NCBI GenBank assembly: GCA_964016885.1
Contig: CAXHJY010000762.1
Location: 17,530 to 81,529 of the forward strand
Reading direction: 5' to 3'
Source of the DNA: Eledone cirrhosa
Lineage: Eukaryota
DNA length: 64,000 nt
The position numbers were made by a program, and so were the translations under genes. The notes beneath the pieces are model-generated. The model was not told where the DNA came from, did no database searches, and saw nothing but the letters and a program-made list of their open reading frames with translations. Shown here one piece after another: positions 60,696 through 64,000 of this stretch. Within the stretch, counting starts at the first letter, position 1; each line of letters begins with the position of its first letter.

Positions 60696-60981
60696 GAGAG
60701 AGACATATATATATATATATATACATACATACATAGAAAAACACGTTTCTATGAATGAGTGAATCAAAATGAAAGAATTATCATAGATTCCTTTAATCGT
60801 ATCAAACTGTGATATATATAATATTATGAAGCCTATATTACATAGAAAATGAGTTTTTATTTATCAAGCGGTGACCTTTTCTAACAATTGTTCAAATAGT
60901 TTATTTCAACATTTCAGAAAGATAACACGCTCCACATGCTGCGTTGGCGAAACGGTATCTAAACATACGAATCATGCATCC

Positions 60982-61012
<31 letters not shown>

Positions 61013-61104
61013 ATATAATATAATATATGTGTGTGTGTGTGTATATATATGTGTGTGTATATATATACACACACATACACGCTCGCTACCCGTCACAAAA
61101 ATAC

Positions 61105-61167
<63 letters not shown>

Positions 61168-61313
61168 GTATTATATATATACTTTTCAAAGAGATAATTT
61201 CCATTTATCCAAAAGAAATTGCCATACATAACATGACTTGGGCTGTAAAAGTCTAGGTTAGACACACGGATATCATGCTATCGTCTTTAAAAGAAATTCT
61301 TCTTTTGTTTCAG

Positions 61314-61372
61314 TTCCTGTTTTCAAACATACTCTTCGACAGAAGCAGAGCTCATTCTTCACACCCACAACG
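61314..61372 (+). CDS. Candidate 59-nt internal exon, unidentified gene
   Basis: Strong acceptor TTCTTCTTTTGTTTCAG and donor ACG|GTAAAT; open in all three frames. Confidence 0.3.
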
Positions 61373-61525
61373 GTAAATGTGTGAGGACATGAGCTTATTT
61401 AATTCCCGTTACTAAAACTTCTATTAACTTTATAGCACATAGCTCAATATATTTACTGATACACGTGCTATTTCTAACTTCATCGACCACTGAAGATTTA
61501 TGTGTTTCTCTTTCTCCACTCTGTA

Positions 61526-61790
61526 GGCGCCGAATTCTCACAGAGTCGGCAGAGCGTCAAATAGAATCGTTTGTGGTATTCGTTTCCACTATCTGCTCTC
61601 TGAGTTCAAATTCAGTTGAGGTCAACTTTGCCTTCCATCCATTCAAGGTCGATAAAAAAAGTACCAGCTACATACTGGGGATCGATATCTTTCTCATGTC
61701 CATTCTTCCACTCTTTCTTTCTTTCCCTGGAAGAAATATATTGTATTCACACCTGGAGAGGATTCACTTCGCCAGGTTTAAAAATGCAGT
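61526..61790 (+). mobile_element. SINE family A2
   Basis: B box GAGTTCAAAT, central domain and tail with ACCTGGAGAGG. Confidence 0.72.
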
Positions 61791-62286
61791 AGAAACGTCA
61801 CAGGTTCATGGAAATACTGCTGTAGTGTATGTTTGTATCTCCCCCCATCTCTCTCTCTCTATATATATTTATAGAGAGAGAGATGCGTGTGTGTATATAC
61901 ACATGCATAACTATATATATATGCATTTATATATATGTATATAATATATATATATGTGTGTGTAGAATTAGTTTACTTGTATTTGTGCCCTTAAAATATG
62001 TAACCACATTAATTTTCAATTAGAACATTTTTTCAAATTTTATTCATACCAAATTACATTTTTCTGTGTAAGCAGAAAGTTTCACTTACACGCAGATATA
62101 CCTACACACATGCATACAGATTGTTTCACACACACTCCAGTATCCACACACACACACACACACATATATATTTATAGTAGCATATTCACGTTTTTGTACG
62201 TACACACATATATAAATATATCATCTAGTTGAGCTTATATATAATATGTGTTGTGTTTGTGTGTGTATCTCGTTTGGTCTACGCGC

Positions 62287-62333
<47 letters not shown>

Positions 62334-62654
62334 GTGTGTGTGGATAAAAGCAAGAGGATGTATTAAACAAGCAAACTTTCATTCCATCGGGAATATATTT
62401 AGTGAAATTATTTATGAATAAACATTTGTTTTAATCCAGTGTATACTTCCGTTTCAACGCTATTAGCGTTACACTCGCGTTCGTGTTTTATCAATTTTAC
62501 ATTCCTAATTACTGTAAAATATGATTTCTAATGTAAATGATATTCTTGAAAACACAATATGCCATGACGTCACTAGCTTGCTATCCTTACTTTCTCTCCT
62601 TACTTGCTCTTCTGAGGGAGTCGTAGGGACAACAGATTGACATACGACATTTGT

Positions 62655-62890
62655 AGGGCACTTTTTAAAACCTGGTGGAGCCCATCTCCTCTCCAGGTCT
62701 GACTACAGTAGATTTCTTCCAGAGAAGGTTAGAGGGTGAGAAAGAGATATAAAGGAAGAATTGACTACAATATTTGACTGGTATATTTTTATCGATCTCG
62801 AATGGATGAAAGGCAAAGTTTAACTCGGTGGGATTTGAACTCAGAGAGCAGAGAGCCGGAACAAATACCACAAGGCATGCTAACGACTTA
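62655..62890 (-). mobile_element. SINE family A2
   Basis: As for 61526-61790, on the minus strand. Confidence 0.75.
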
Positions 62891-63152
62891 ATTTATTACT
62901 ATATCATTTTTTATTTATTATTCTTTTACTTGTTTGAATGCTAGGGCTCTATCTTCAGCGTTCTTTAGTCAATTATATTACAAAATGTCTAAAGTCAGTC
63001 TCGAAGTCGGAGGTACACCATGTCACCGCCCATCTTGGTTTCTGTGACTTGAAGCCACTGAGAGTGGAATACATATGTGTATGTATATATGTATATATAC
63101 ATACATATATGTGCTTATAAATAAATAAATATATATATATATATATATATAT

Positions 63153-63238
63153 AACAAAGGAATTGTGGTAAGGAACCAGATGGACCATAACGCACCAGAG
63201 TACTCAATACTTAGGGTAGTAGAGTGGGAAATAGGAAA
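63153..63238 (-). mobile_element. Family C 3' fragment without fold-back
   Basis: Near-identical to 6169-6254; adjacent to (TA)n. Confidence 0.8.
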
Positions 63239-63371
63239 TATATAAGTGATTTGAAACCTGATACTGTAAGATGGCGACAAGAATTAAGAATTACGAGCGA
63301 ACGTCTTCAACATTTGGTCATGCTGTGTCCACGCTTGTCTTTATATATTCCCTGAGTATATATATTTCATA

Positions 63372-63657
63372 GACGACGAATTGTCAGAGTCTTTATAACA
63401 CCAGATAGAATGTTTGTGGTGTTAGTTCTGGCTCTCTCAACTCTCTGAGTTCAAATCCTGCCGAGGTCAACTTTGCCTTTCATCCTACGAAGGTCGATAA
63501 AAAAAGTACCAGTCTGGTCCATGATTGATTCTTCTTCTATATAACCTTCTGACGTTCTTCTCTACAAGAAATCTGCTGTATTCAGCCCTTGAGAGAGATG
63601 AGCCCTGCCAGGCTTATAATTAGCTGGAAATGCCGTATGCCACTCCGGCGCCCCTAC
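63372..63657 (+). mobile_element. SINE family A2
   Basis: GAGTTCAAATCC, central domain and tail ending GGCGCCCCTA. Confidence 0.75.
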
Positions 63658-63926
63658 CACTCCATTAGTAGTTATGGGACATACAAGATATTTATTTGAC
63701 AACGAACAATTTGTTGTTGACTATATATGATTATCAATATGGCTGCATGCCTTTTATATTTCTCTATATAAATGTACAAGTGTATAGGTAGCGGAATGTC
63801 AGGGGTTATAAATATAGATCTTATCAGTATGATTGAATTCTCTACATTTAAATCTATTTCTCCCTTTCTTATTTTTTATTTATTTAGTATTTCTGTCTCT
63901 CGCGTTCCATCTGATTATTCCTCTCT

Positions 63927-64000
<74 letters not shown>

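Overview
Eukaryotic, microsatellite-saturated, largely non-coding DNA. It is probably a coleoid cephalopod such as Octopus; this is inferred from recalled SINE families and the extreme (TA)n/(CA)n load, and is not verified. Nearly all long ORFs in the track are microsatellite artefacts, and no host gene could be named; only a few weak exon candidates were seen. The interpretable content is mobile DNA. (i) Several short non-coding elements sit in (TA)n tracts and carry minimal type-I hammerhead ribozyme motifs typical of Penelope-like elements (PLEs). One family has an intact core plus a covarying hairpin; another folds back at the ribozyme's stem II in three of its four copies. (ii) There are five copies of a ~610-bp non-autonomous RTE-derived element, always inside (TA)n. 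It has a C-terminal C2H2 finger remnant and microhomology deletions, and one copy shows a twin-priming-type 5' inversion. (iii) About 15 tRNA-derived SINE copies are present, including one head with two alternative tails. (iv) There are fragments of R4/Dong-, CR1- and RTE/Expander-type LINEs and Tc1/mariner MITEs. (v) Many micro- and minisatellites occur, including (TA)n-associated inverted duplications.
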